NCBI GenBank assembly: GCA_963422205.2
Contig: CAXMWX010000005.1
Location: 288,001 to 352,000, forward strand
Reading direction: 5' to 3'
Origin: Gammaproteobacteria bacterium
Lineage (GTDB): Bacteria > Pseudomonadota > Gammaproteobacteria > Eutrophobiales > Eutrophobiaceae
DNA length: 64,000 nt
Within the stretch, counting starts at the first letter, position 1. Every line of letters starts with the position of its first letter. Below are positions 10,129 to 19,262 of this stretch, piece by piece. The notes under the pieces were generated by a model. That model made no database searches and was not told the origin of the DNA. It saw nothing but the letters and a program-made list of their open reading frames with translations. Made by a program: the position numbers and the translations under genes.

Positions 10129-12390
10129 GTGCTTGATAAAGACCTGGAACACACGCTGAACAATGCGTTCAGACAAGCGCGCGAACAACGCTATGAGTTC
10201 ATGACGGTTGAACACTTGTTGCTGGCGCTGCTGGATAATCCCTCGGCCATTAATGTCTTGCGTGCCTGTGGTGCAAACTTAAACGAGCTGCATCATGAAC
10301 TGACGCAGTTCATACGGGAGAACTCACCCGTGCTGATGGACGATGATGAACGTGAGACACAACCCACGCTGGGGTTTCAGCGCGTGCTGCAACGGGCGGT
10401 GTTCCATGTGCAGTCTTCCGGCAAAAAAGAAGTCAGCGGGGCGAATGTGCTGGTGGCGATCTTTGGCGAGCGCGAATCCCACGCCGCTTATTTTCTCAAC
10501 CAGCAGAATATTGCCCGGCTGGATGTGGTCAACTATATCTCACACGGTATCACCAAGGTCGGTGAAGATGAAAGCCACAGCCATGATTCCGTGGACGAGG
10601 AGGACAGCCGTCAGGATGAAGCCGCCAGCAGCCCGCTTGAGGCGTATACTGTCAATTTAAATGAACAGGCCCTGGCCGGCAAGATCGACCCTCTGATCGG
10701 TCGTGAAAACGAAGTTCAGCGTACCATCCAGATTTTATGTCGGCGGCGCAAAAACAACCCGCTGTTTGTCGGCGAGGCAGGGGTCGGCAAAACAGCGATT
10801 GCCGAAGGCATTGCCAAGCAGATCACAGACCGGGAGGTGCCGGACATCCTGCTGGAGTCCACCATCTACTCCCTGGATATGGGTACGCTGCTGGCCGGCA
10901 CAAAATACCGCGGTGATTTTGAGAAGCGCTTGAAAGGTGTTATCGCCCAGCTAAAACAGGAGGCCGGGGCTATTCTGTTCATCGACGAGATACACACCAT
11001 CATCGGGGCGGGCGCCGCCTCCGGCGGTGTGATGGATGCCTCCAATATCATCAAGCCGGTGCTGGCATCCGGCGACATCAAATGTATCGGCTCCACCACC
11101 TACCAGGAGTTCCGCGGCATCTTTGAAAAAGATCGCGCCCTGGCACGGCGGTTTCAAAAGATCGATATCAGCGAGCCGTCTATCGATGAGACGGTCAAGA
11201 TTCTGCAAGGATTGAAATCGCGCTTTGAAGATCACCACCGTGTCAGATATACCAGCCAGGCGCTGCGCTGTGCGGTGGAATTGACCGATCGCTATATCAG
11301 TGATCGACACCTGCCAGACAAGGCGATCGATATCATTGATGAGGCCGGCGCATCACAGCAACTGCTGTCACCGGCCAAACGTAAAAAAACCATCGGTACC
11401 CATGACATAGAAAATATTCTCGCCAGGATTGCCCGCATTCCACCCAAGACGGTATCGACCACCGATAAAGATGTGATGAGAAATCTGGAGCGGGATCTGA
11501 AAATGGTCGTATTCGGGCAGGACCAGGCGGTGGGTACCCTCGCCACCGCCATCAAGCTGAGTCGTTCCGGTTTGAACAATCCGGACCAGCCCATCGGTGC
11601 GTTTCTGTTTGCCGGCCCTACCGGTGTGGGCAAGACCGAAGTCAGCAAGCAACTGGCGAACATCATGGGTATTGAGTTGCTGCGGTTTGACATGTCCGAA
11701 TACATGGAGCGGCATACCGTGTCGCGTTTGATCGGCGCACCACCGGGCTATGTCGGTTTTGATCAAGGCGGCCTGTTGACCGATGCGATTAACAAAAATC
11801 CGCATTGTGTGTTGTTGCTGGATGAGATGGAAAAAGCCCATCCAGATGTCTTTAATCTGCTGTTGCAGGTGATGGATCATGGCAAATTAACCGACACCAA
11901 CGGCAGGCAGAGTGATTTTCGCAATGTCGTTATTATCATGACGACCAATGCCGGTGCGGATCGGATCAGCCGTGCTTCAGTCGGTTTTACCACCCAGGAT
12001 CACACCGCCGATGCCCTGGAAGTGATCAAGCGTGTGTTCAGCCCGGAGTTCAGAAATCGCCTGGATGCGATCATCGAATTTAACCCGCTGGACAAGAAAA
12101 CGATCGGCAATGTGGTGGATAAATTTCTGGTGGAATTGCAGGCACAACTGGATGATAAAAAAGTGGTGATGGATGTGGATGAGACGGCACGGGAATGGCT
12201 GGGTGAGCATGGCTACGACAAGATCATGGGCGCCCGACCCATGGCGCGGCTGATTCAGGACAAGATCAAAAAAGAACTGGCCGAAGCGCTGTTGTTCGGC
12301 GCATTATTACACGGCGGCCATGTGCTGATCAGCGTCAAAGACAATGCGCTGTCCATACACATAGAGGAGAAAGAAACCGCGGAAGTCTAA
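10129..12390 (+). CDS. clpA: ATP-dependent Clp protease ATP-binding subunit ClpA
   Basis: Two Walker A motifs (GEAGVGKT, GPTGVGKT); 753 aa. Confidence 0.96.
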   Translation: MLDKDLEHTLNNAFRQAREQRYEFMTVEHLLLALLDNPSAINVLRACGANLNELHHELTQFIRENSPVLMDDDERETQPTLGFQRVLQRAVFHVQSSGKKEVSGANVLVAIFGERESHAAYFLNQQNIARLDVVNYISHGITKVGEDESHSHDSVDEEDSRQDEAASSPLEAYTVNLNEQALAGKIDPLIGRENEVQRTIQILCRRRKNNPLFVGEAGVGKTAIAEGIAKQITDREVPDILLESTIYSLDMGTLLAGTKYRGDFEKRLKGVIAQLKQEAGAILFIDEIHTIIGAGAASGGVMDASNIIKPVLASGDIKCIGSTTYQEFRGIFEKDRALARRFQKIDISEPSIDETVKILQGLKSRFEDHHRVRYTSQALRCAVELTDRYISDRHLPDKAIDIIDEAGASQQLLSPAKRKKTIGTHDIENILARIARIPPKTVSTTDKDVMRNLERDLKMVVFGQDQAVGTLATAIKLSRSGLNNPDQPIGAFLFAGPTGVGKTEVSKQLANIMGIELLRFDMSEYMERHTVSRLIGAPPGYVGFDQGGLLTDAINKNPHCVLLLDEMEKAHPDVFNLLLQVMDHGKLTDTNGRQSDFRNVVIIMTTNAGADRISRASVGFTTQDHTADALEVIKRVFSPEFRNRLDAIIEFNPLDKKTIGNVVDKFLVELQAQLDDKKVVMDVDETAREWLGEHGYDKIMGARPMARLIQDKIKKELAEALLFGALLHGGHVLISVKDNALSIHIEEKETAEV

Positions 12391-13697
12391 AGCGGCCTGA
12401 CCAGCACCCGGGAATTGCGCTGATAGTTATACATCGCCTGCTGCTTCACTGGCAGATCATCAATGCTGTGCTCAACAAACCCGTGCGCCAGAAACCAGTG
12501 TTCGGCCTGGGTCGTCAAGACAAACAGCTGCTTCGCCTGTTGCACTCTGGCCTGTGCCGCTACCGTGGTCAACAACTGCTCGCCACGCCCGTCTTTTTGA
12601 TATTCCGGTGCCACCGCAAGGCAGGCCAACTCCGCATACTCCCCATACACATACAGCGCAACACAGCCGATGATAACCCCGTCACGGGACAGCACCGAGA
12701 AATTTTCTATCTCCAGTTCCAGCTTTTCCCTTGAGCGCTCAACCAGATGCCCCTGCTGTTCCAGCGGCCTGATCAAGGCCAGAATACCCGCAATATCTTC
12801 ACCACTGGCCGGGTGCAGCTCATCATAGCTGGTGGCTGTCAACATCACCCCGGTGCCATCTTTGGAAAACAATTCCCGGACAATCGCCCCATCTTCCGCC
12901 TGATCCAGCAGATGGGTGCGATCGATGCCCGCATCACAGGCAGCGATGCTCAAGCACAGATAACGGCCAGCCGTACTCTCTTCGGGCAATGCCGTCAGCA
13001 GGCGGGCGGCGGCGGGGCGCGTTAAGTTATCGTGGCGTTCCTGTTTAAGCAGTGGGGCCAGCACATCAGCAGCAACCAGATAGATCACTTTATCTGCACG
13101 CATGGCAACGGCGACATCGGCGGCCAACTCGGCGGCGGCCAGATTATACGCCTCACCGGTAATGGAATACCCCACCGGCGGGATCACAACGATCTCATGA
13201 TGATGCAGGTGTGAACGGATAGCCTCGGTATCAATCTTACGCACCTCGCCCGTGAACTCATAATCCACCCCATCAATAATGCCGACCGGTTTGGCCGTTA
13301 TGTAGTTACCGGTCGCCACCTGTAGCCCGGCATGTAACATCGGCGTGTTGCCCGGCCCGCTGGACAGCTTCGCCTGTATATCAATCAACAGCCTGCCCGC
13401 CACCTCTTTAACATAGCCCATGCCAACGGCACTGGTCAGCCGCTTGCCGCGGTGAAAAACAGGGCGTTGCTGTGCCGATTGCAGACGCACATCAATGGCC
13501 TGGCGCATACCATAGATGAGAATGAGTTTAATGCCGAGGCTGGTCAACAAGGCCAGATCATGCAACAGATTAACCAGGCCATCACTGCCAGCCAGCTCAT
13601 CATTTATCTGCACGACAAACGTCCTGCCGCGGTGTACATGGATATAAGGTGCTGCCGCCCTGAACCAGCCGACAAACTCATCGTTAGCTGCCATCAT
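12387..13697 (-). CDS. argA: Amino-acid N-acetyltransferase (N-acetylglutamate synthase)
   Basis: WFRAAAPYIHVHRGRTFV N-terminus, C-terminal GNAT domain, YNYQRNS. Confidence 0.93.
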   Translation of the reverse strand: MMAANDEFVGWFRAAAPYIHVHRGRTFVVQINDELAGSDGLVNLLHDLALLTSLGIKLILIYGMRQAIDVRLQSAQQRPVFHRGKRLTSAVGMGYVKEVAGRLLIDIQAKLSSGPGNTPMLHAGLQVATGNYITAKPVGIIDGVDYEFTGEVRKIDTEAIRSHLHHHEIVVIPPVGYSITGEAYNLAAAELAADVAVAMRADKVIYLVAADVLAPLLKQERHDNLTRPAAARLLTALPEESTAGRYLCLSIAACDAGIDRTHLLDQAEDGAIVRELFSKDGTGVMLTATSYDELHPASGEDIAGILALIRPLEQQGHLVERSREKLELEIENFSVLSRDGVIIGCVALYVYGEYAELACLAVAPEYQKDGRGEQLLTTVAAQARVQQAKQLFVLTTQAEHWFLAHGFVEHSIDDLPVKQQAMYNYQRNSRVLVRPL

Positions 13698-13699
13698 CG

Positions 13700-14845
13700 T
13701 CACATGCAAATATGCGTTATCATCTGTTGCACCAGTTTCTGCATCGGTTCAATACGCCCCATCGCAATGTATTCATTCGCCTGATGCGCCTGTGCAATAT
13801 CACCGGGGCCGAGGATCACCGTGTCCATCCCCAGGCTATTCAAGTACGGCCCTTCGGTGGCAAAACTGACTGCCTTGGAGGCATGGCCACTGAGTTTCTC
13901 GGCCAGTTCTACCAGCTCGCTGGTGCTGTCGGTTTCAAATGGCGGCACACCACCAAAACCATCATCAAACTCCACGATCAGATCACGCCCGTCAATCGCC
14001 GCCATGACCGCCTGGCGTAATTGCGCCCGCACCGCCGCCAGCCCCATGCCCGGCAGCAGACGCACATCCACCGCTAACCGACAATCAGCACAAATACGAT
14101 TCGGGTTATCCCCGCCGTGGATGCTGCCAAAATTCACGGTCGGGGTGGCCACGTTAAAACGTTCATCAACATGCTCGGCCTGCAACGCTGTACGCCACTG
14201 TATCAAAGCAGCAAGCACAGCGTGCATCCCCTCCAGCGCACTTCTGCCTAGCGCAGGATCAGAGGCATGGCCGGCCTGGCCGGTCAGTGTGATCGTCTCA
14301 AACATCACGCCCTTGTGCAGCCTGATCGGTGTCAGTCCGGTTGGCTCGCCAATGAGCGCATACCGCCCCAGGCCGTAATCCGCCGCCACCAGTGCACGGG
14401 CGCCGCTCATGGTGCTTTCCTCATCACAAGTCGCCAGCACATACACGGGCTTTTTCAGCTTAACCCGGTCAAGCCCACGCAGGGCGGCCAGCACGACCGG
14501 GAAAAAACACTTCATATCAGAAGCACCCAAACCATACAGACGATCATCGCGCTCCGTCAGCGTAAAAGGATCCTGCTGCCAGGCGGATTCTGAAAACGGC
14601 ACAGTGTCGATGTGCCCGGACAACACCAGCCCGCCCGCACCGCAGCCCAGCATCGCTATCATGTTGGCCTTGTCCCTGGCGACATCCTGAATCGTCACCC
14701 GGCAACCCGCATCGGCAAACCAACTCGCCAGCAGCTCGATCGCCGGCCGGTTACTCTGATCGATGGCCGGATCGGTGCTGCTGATCGTCGGCACAGCGAT
14801 CAGTTGGGCAAAGGCATCCCGCCACGAAGGCACGGCTATCGTCAT
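13700..14845 (-). CDS. argE: Acetylornithine deacetylase
   Basis: SGHIDTVP, DMKCF, DEESTM and AHQANE motifs; operonic with argA. Confidence 0.92.
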   Translation of the reverse strand: MTIAVPSWRDAFAQLIAVPTISSTDPAIDQSNRPAIELLASWFADAGCRVTIQDVARDKANMIAMLGCGAGGLVLSGHIDTVPFSESAWQQDPFTLTERDDRLYGLGASDMKCFFPVVLAALRGLDRVKLKKPVYVLATCDEESTMSGARALVAADYGLGRYALIGEPTGLTPIRLHKGVMFETITLTGQAGHASDPALGRSALEGMHAVLAALIQWRTALQAEHVDERFNVATPTVNFGSIHGGDNPNRICADCRLAVDVRLLPGMGLAAVRAQLRQAVMAAIDGRDLIVEFDDGFGGVPPFETDSTSELVELAEKLSGHASKAVSFATEGPYLNSLGMDTVILGPGDIAQAHQANEYIAMGRIEPMQKLVQQMITHICM

Positions 14846-14954
14846 AACAATACCCCCATCATCAATAAAATATCATCAATCTTCGGCCTGCTGTTATAAT
14901 TGGTTGCATTGTATGCTTTTTTTGTAACACGCTCACCCATATCCTGGAACGCCA

Positions 14955-16634
14955 ATGAATGACAAGCTGAACAAATACAGCGCCCGCATCACCCAGCCAG
15001 GCGCCCAGGGCGCATCCCAGGCCATGCTGTATGCCGCGGGTCTTAACGAGGCCGACATGGACAAGCCGCAAGTCGGCATTGCCAGCATCTGGTATGAAGG
15101 CAACCCCTGCAATATGCACCTGCTGTCGCTGGCAGAGCAGGTCAAGGCCGGCGTGAATGCCGCCGACATGATCGGCTTGCGCTTTAATGCGGTCGGCGTC
15201 AGCGATGGCATTTCCATGGGCACGGACGGGATGAGCTTCTCCCTGCAATCGCGCGATCTGATCGCCGATTCCATTGAAACCGTGATGGCCGGCCAGTGGT
15301 ATGATGCCAATGTTTCCATCCCCGGCTGCGATAAAAACATGCCTGGCTGCCTGATCGCCATGGCACGCCTGAACCGGCCGGCGATCATGGTCTATGGCGG
15401 CACGATCAGGCCGGGGTTTTATCAGCAGCAAAAAATCGACATCATCTCGGCCTTTCAGAGCTACGGCGAGTTCATCGCCGGCAACATTGACGAGGCTACC
15501 CGCAAAGGCATCGTCCGCGCTGCCTGCCCCGGGCCGGGTGCCTGTGGCGGCATGTATACCGCCAACACGATGGCAGCCGCTATCGAAGCGATGGGCATGT
15601 CTCTGCCCTATAGCTCATCAACGCCGGCGATTGACGAGCGCAAAAGCGATGAATGCCTGGCCGTGGGCAAGGCCCTGTACGGATTGCTGGCGCTGGATTT
15701 GAAACCGCGGGACATCATGACCCGGGCCGCCTTTGAGAATGCGATGGTGTTGATCACGGTGTTGGGCGGCTCCACCAATGCCGTATTGCATTTAATCGCC
15801 ATGGCACGGGCGGCCGAGGTGGCCTTGAGCATTGATGATTTCCAGGCCGTCAGTGATCGCACACCCTTCTTGGCCGATTTGAAGCCCAGCGGCCAGTATG
15901 TCATGGAAGACCTGCATCATATCGGCGGGACACCGGCCGTGCTCAAATACCTGCTGGAACATGGCATGATCAACGGCGATTGCATGACGGTCACCGGCAA
16001 GACACTGGCTGAGAACCTGGCCAGCCTGCCGGGCCTTACCGCCGGGCAAGACCTGATTCATCCTCTGGAGAGGCCGATAAAAGACAGCGGCCATATCCGC
16101 ATCTTGAAAGGCAACCTTGCCCCCGGTGGTGCTGTCGCCAAGATCACTGGCAAGGAGGGCCTGACATTCAGCGGGCCGGCGAATGTGTTTGACTCTGAAG
16201 AGACGATGCTCACCGCCCTGGAGAAAGGCAAAATTAACAAAGGCGATGTCGTGGTCATTCGTTATGAAGGCCCCAAAGGCGGTCCGGGTATGCCAGAGAT
16301 GCTGACCCCGACCTCCGCCATCATGGGCGCTGGCTTGGGTAATGATGTCGCCATGATCACCGACGGCCGCTTCTCCGGTGGCTCGCATGGTTTTATCATC
16401 GGTCATGTCGTGCCCGAGGCACAGGAAGGCGGCCCGATCGGCCTGATTAAAAACGGCGATGTCATCACCATCCATGCCGAGCAGAATACGCTCAGCGTGG
16501 CGCTCAACGATGATGAGCTGGCACAGCGCAAGGCCGACTGGGTGATGCCGGCCTACAAGGCCCGCCGCGGCACCTTGTACAAATATATCAAGAATGTAAA
16601 ATCAGCCACTGAGGGCTGTGTGACCGATGAGTGA
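14955..16634 (+). CDS. ilvD: Dihydroxy-acid dehydratase
   Basis: [24 protein letters not shown] and TDGRFSGG motifs. Confidence 0.96.
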   Translation: MNDKLNKYSARITQPGAQGASQAMLYAAGLNEADMDKPQVGIASIWYEGNPCNMHLLSLAEQVKAGVNAADMIGLRFNAVGVSDGISMGTDGMSFSLQSRDLIADSIETVMAGQWYDANVSIPGCDKNMPGCLIAMARLNRPAIMVYGGTIRPGFYQQQKIDIISAFQSYGEFIAGNIDEATRKGIVRAACPGPGACGGMYTANTMAAAIEAMGMSLPYSSSTPAIDERKSDECLAVGKALYGLLALDLKPRDIMTRAAFENAMVLITVLGGSTNAVLHLIAMARAAEVALSIDDFQAVSDRTPFLADLKPSGQYVMEDLHHIGGTPAVLKYLLEHGMINGDCMTVTGKTLAENLASLPGLTAGQDLIHPLERPIKDSGHIRILKGNLAPGGAVAKITGKEGLTFSGPANVFDSEETMLTALEKGKINKGDVVVIRYEGPKGGPGMPEMLTPTSAIMGAGLGNDVAMITDGRFSGGSHGFIIGHVVPEAQEGGPIGLIKNGDVITIHAEQNTLSVALNDDELAQRKADWVMPAYKARRGTLYKYIKNVKSATEGCVTDE

Positions 16635-17406
16635 TGTGGCCGGGCATGGCGGCATCGGCCTGGCACCGCCCGCCATATCTGCCAGAAATTCCGAAGCCAA
16701 TTCCCCGCTGGTTACGATGAAGGAAGACAGTCCACTTCTCCCAAGGCGCATCCGACACCCGCGCCAGCTCTTCGGTATCGGCCATGGTGTGAAAGCGGCG
16801 CTGTGCATCCGGGTGATCGAACGGGTCTGTCTGTGGCGCTGCCGACATCAATGACGGCGGCCTGCCGCCCGTCGCAAGTTCAAGCAGCGCTTCAGCCGCT
16901 TCGGCAGGCAGATGCTCGGCCAGGTTGAGAATGGAATCCTCATCCGCCCCCTTAACATCGGCCAGCCATTCGCAAGGCACACCGTAGCCAGGCAGCTCAT
17001 CATCGAACCTGTCGGACAGCAGGGGCGGGGGTGCGGCTTTGACATGAACATAGCAAGGCACGCGCACTTCTTCAACCCGCTCCCGTATCTCCACAAGCTG
17101 CGCCGCACCGGTTTTCGGATGCGTTTCCAATTTGCACTTCTCAGCCCGTTGGTAGGCAACGTCATGGTGGCCCACATAACACAGCAGCAGGCTTGATTTG
17201 GAACGGTGGACAATAATGCGTATGTCTCGATTGACCCGCACCGACCAGAAAGCCTTGTCTTGCACACGATCCAACTTGTGGAAACTATGGCCCGGGTTTT
17301 CCGGGTTTATCTGAAGGTCAAAGGCCGTTGTTTTCACAGCCTTCTGCTCATCACCGGTCAGCCGGGCCAGGCTGCCAATGAATGAACCAGCGATACGGAA
17401 TTCCAT
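16588..17406 (-). pseudogene. Truncated UvrD-like helicase (RelE-like N-terminal domain only)
   Basis: MEFRIAGSF..KAVKTTAFDLQ..FWSVRVNRDIR..PWEKWTVFLH matches the N-terminal part of R-M-associated helicases; stops before any Walker A; tail overlaps ilvD. Confidence 0.7.
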
Positions 17407-17559
17407 GAAAGTCGCGGCTATGCCTCGCCCAGAATAAAATTGACTCTCTCCTGGCGGAGCATAGCGTAGAGGCTGAGATACCTGACACCCAGGCCCACGC
17501 AGACGTTGGGTATTTGTAGTAAGTCTACAATGTTCATATCTACTACTTGAGGAGTATTA

Positions 17560-17781
17560 GTGATGCCTAGGTTAACTGTTAATTTATCTAAAGAAATTAA
17601 TGCCCGCCTTACTGAGATTGCTCAGAAAGAGGGTATTACCAAAGCTGAGGCTATGCGTAAAGCCTTTGCCCTATTATCTGTAGCGGAACAAGAAAAAGCC
17701 AAGGGGAATTCTCTTGGTATCGTTAGGGAAAGCGAAGAAAATCACGAATTGCAAACAATTGGTCGAGTAGTAGGCGTCTAA
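17560..17781 (+). CDS. Ribbon-helix-helix (CopG-like) protein
   Basis: MPRLTVNLSKEINARLTEIAQKEGITKAEAMRKA, an RHH pattern. Confidence 0.75.
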   Translation: MMPRLTVNLSKEINARLTEIAQKEGITKAEAMRKAFALLSVAEQEKAKGNSLGIVRESEENHELQTIGRVVGV

Positions 17782-18041
17782 TGAGTTCTGGAAATGGGAA
17801 TATAGATCTCGACTCTGTTTTCCCGAAAGGAAACAGCGTTAGTATTGATGAGAGTGATCGCCTGAAATTTGCAAAACAGGTTCTTTGTTGGCTTGGTGTA
17901 ATATGTATTGGTGTATTTATCTTTTATGGTATATACCCTAGCAACCAAGCCCTGTCTTCAATATTTGAGCTAATTAAAATCGGAGCATTGCCTTTAGTAA
18001 CATTGGTTGTTTCTTTCTACTTTCCGAATTCGAATAATTAA
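17781..18041 (+). CDS. Small two-TM membrane protein
   Basis: Two hydrophobic segments; coupled to the RHH gene by TAATG. Confidence 0.7.
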   Translation: MSSGNGNIDLDSVFPKGNSVSIDESDRLKFAKQVLCWLGVICIGVFIFYGIYPSNQALSSIFELIKIGALPLVTLVVSFYFPNSNN

Positions 18042-18044
18042 AGC

Positions 18045-18128
18045 TCTTAACACATTAATCAACTACACGCCTGTCGGCGCTAGACAGCTTAGGCTTTGCT
18101 TCGGCTGCCGGTTATTGAGGCGTTGGCT
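18045..18128 (+). other. attC-like integron cassette recombination site
   Basis: TCTTAAC...ACATTAATCAAC...GGTTATTGAGGC-GTTGGCT immediately after the gene stop; imperfect palindrome. Confidence 0.6.
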
Positions 18129-18147
18129 GTGCACAGGATCCAATTAC

Positions 18148-18771
18148 ATGGAATCAAATGAAATCGTTTATGTTCTAGCAAATCCCGCAATGTCATGATT
18201 GGTAAAAATTGGAAAAACCACACAAGCTGATGTCAGTCTTAGAATGAATCAGTTATATACAACAGGTGTCCCTGTGCCATTTGAATGTGTTTATGCTATC
18301 GAGGTAAGTGACTGCGTAAAGGTCGAGTCTGCTCTCCATGTGGCATTTGGCCCAAGCCGAATAAATCCCAATCGAGAGTTTTTTAAAATCGACTCTGAGC
18401 AAGCCATTGCTATTTTGAAGCTCCTTGAGCAAAAAGATGTGACTCCACAGGTAAGTTCTGAATTAAACAGCAACCTATCACAAGCAGAAAAGGACTCAGG
18501 AAAGAAACTAAAAAAACGTCCAAGAATGAATTTTTCAGAAATGGGTATCCCCTCTGACTCAGAACTTATTTTTAAAGATGGCAATACTTCAGTCATCGTT
18601 AAAGACGAAAGGAAAATCATATACAACGCAGAAATCATGTCTCTCACGGCTGCAACAAAAAGAATTATGGAACTTGATTATTCAGTACATCCATCGCCGT
18701 ATTGGACCTTCAAAGGCAAGTTACTAAAAGACATTTACGACGAGGTGTATGGCGATGAAGAAGACAGCTAA
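18148..18771 (+). pseudogene. GIY-YIG / T5orf172 domain protein with in-frame TGA at 18196
   Basis: MESNEIVYVLANPAMS*LVKIGKT...LYTTGVPVPF...ESALH...NREFF. Confidence 0.8.
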
Positions 18772-18837
18772 CAATGCGCTCGTTCGGACACAAACTACGC
18801 TGCGTTCCGTTTGTGCCGCACAGCTCGGTCGTTAAAC
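18766..18837 (+). other. attC site (59-base element)
   Basis: AGCTAAC AATGCGCTCGTTCGGACACAAAC TACGCTGCGTTCC GTTTGTGCCGCACAGCTCGGTC GTTAAAC; overlaps the stop codon; classical arms. Confidence 0.8.
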
Positions 18838-18972
18838 AGACCGCGCTCGCCTGCGTGAGCCCGCTATATTTTCTGGGAGACTGAACGTAGCTTTAAATAT
18901 TCAAAGCAGGGGATAAAATCTCTATTTGTGTAAAGCAGCGGTATTTTTTCTCTATGCAGAATGTGGCAATAA

Positions 18973-19137
18973 CTATATCTGCGTTCTTTCTAATTCCTTA
19001 CGACTCCACATAACAACATAACCTTGCAGAGTAGTATCTGCCGGGTAGTTGATAATTTCGTATTTTTGCGGCGGACCGGCCTCCTCCTCTGCCACTTCCT
19101 CAGTAGGTTCGTGTTCCCATTCTGCTTCATTAGACAT
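18973..19137 (-). pseudogene. N-terminal remnant of a DUF262 (GmrS-like) protein
   Basis: Manual translation MSNEAEWEHEPTEEVAEEEAGPPQKYEIINYPADTTLQGYVVMW; ends before the expected PxFQRxxVW. Confidence 0.5.
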
Positions 19138-19262
19138 TACTTACACCCCCACAACATCATCACTTCATCAACCACAGGTTATGCAAATCTCTCCAAGCCT
19201 GTCAAACAACAACGGCTTGGGCAGCGAAACGGCTCCGACATCAAATTCCACCCCTCACTCCC

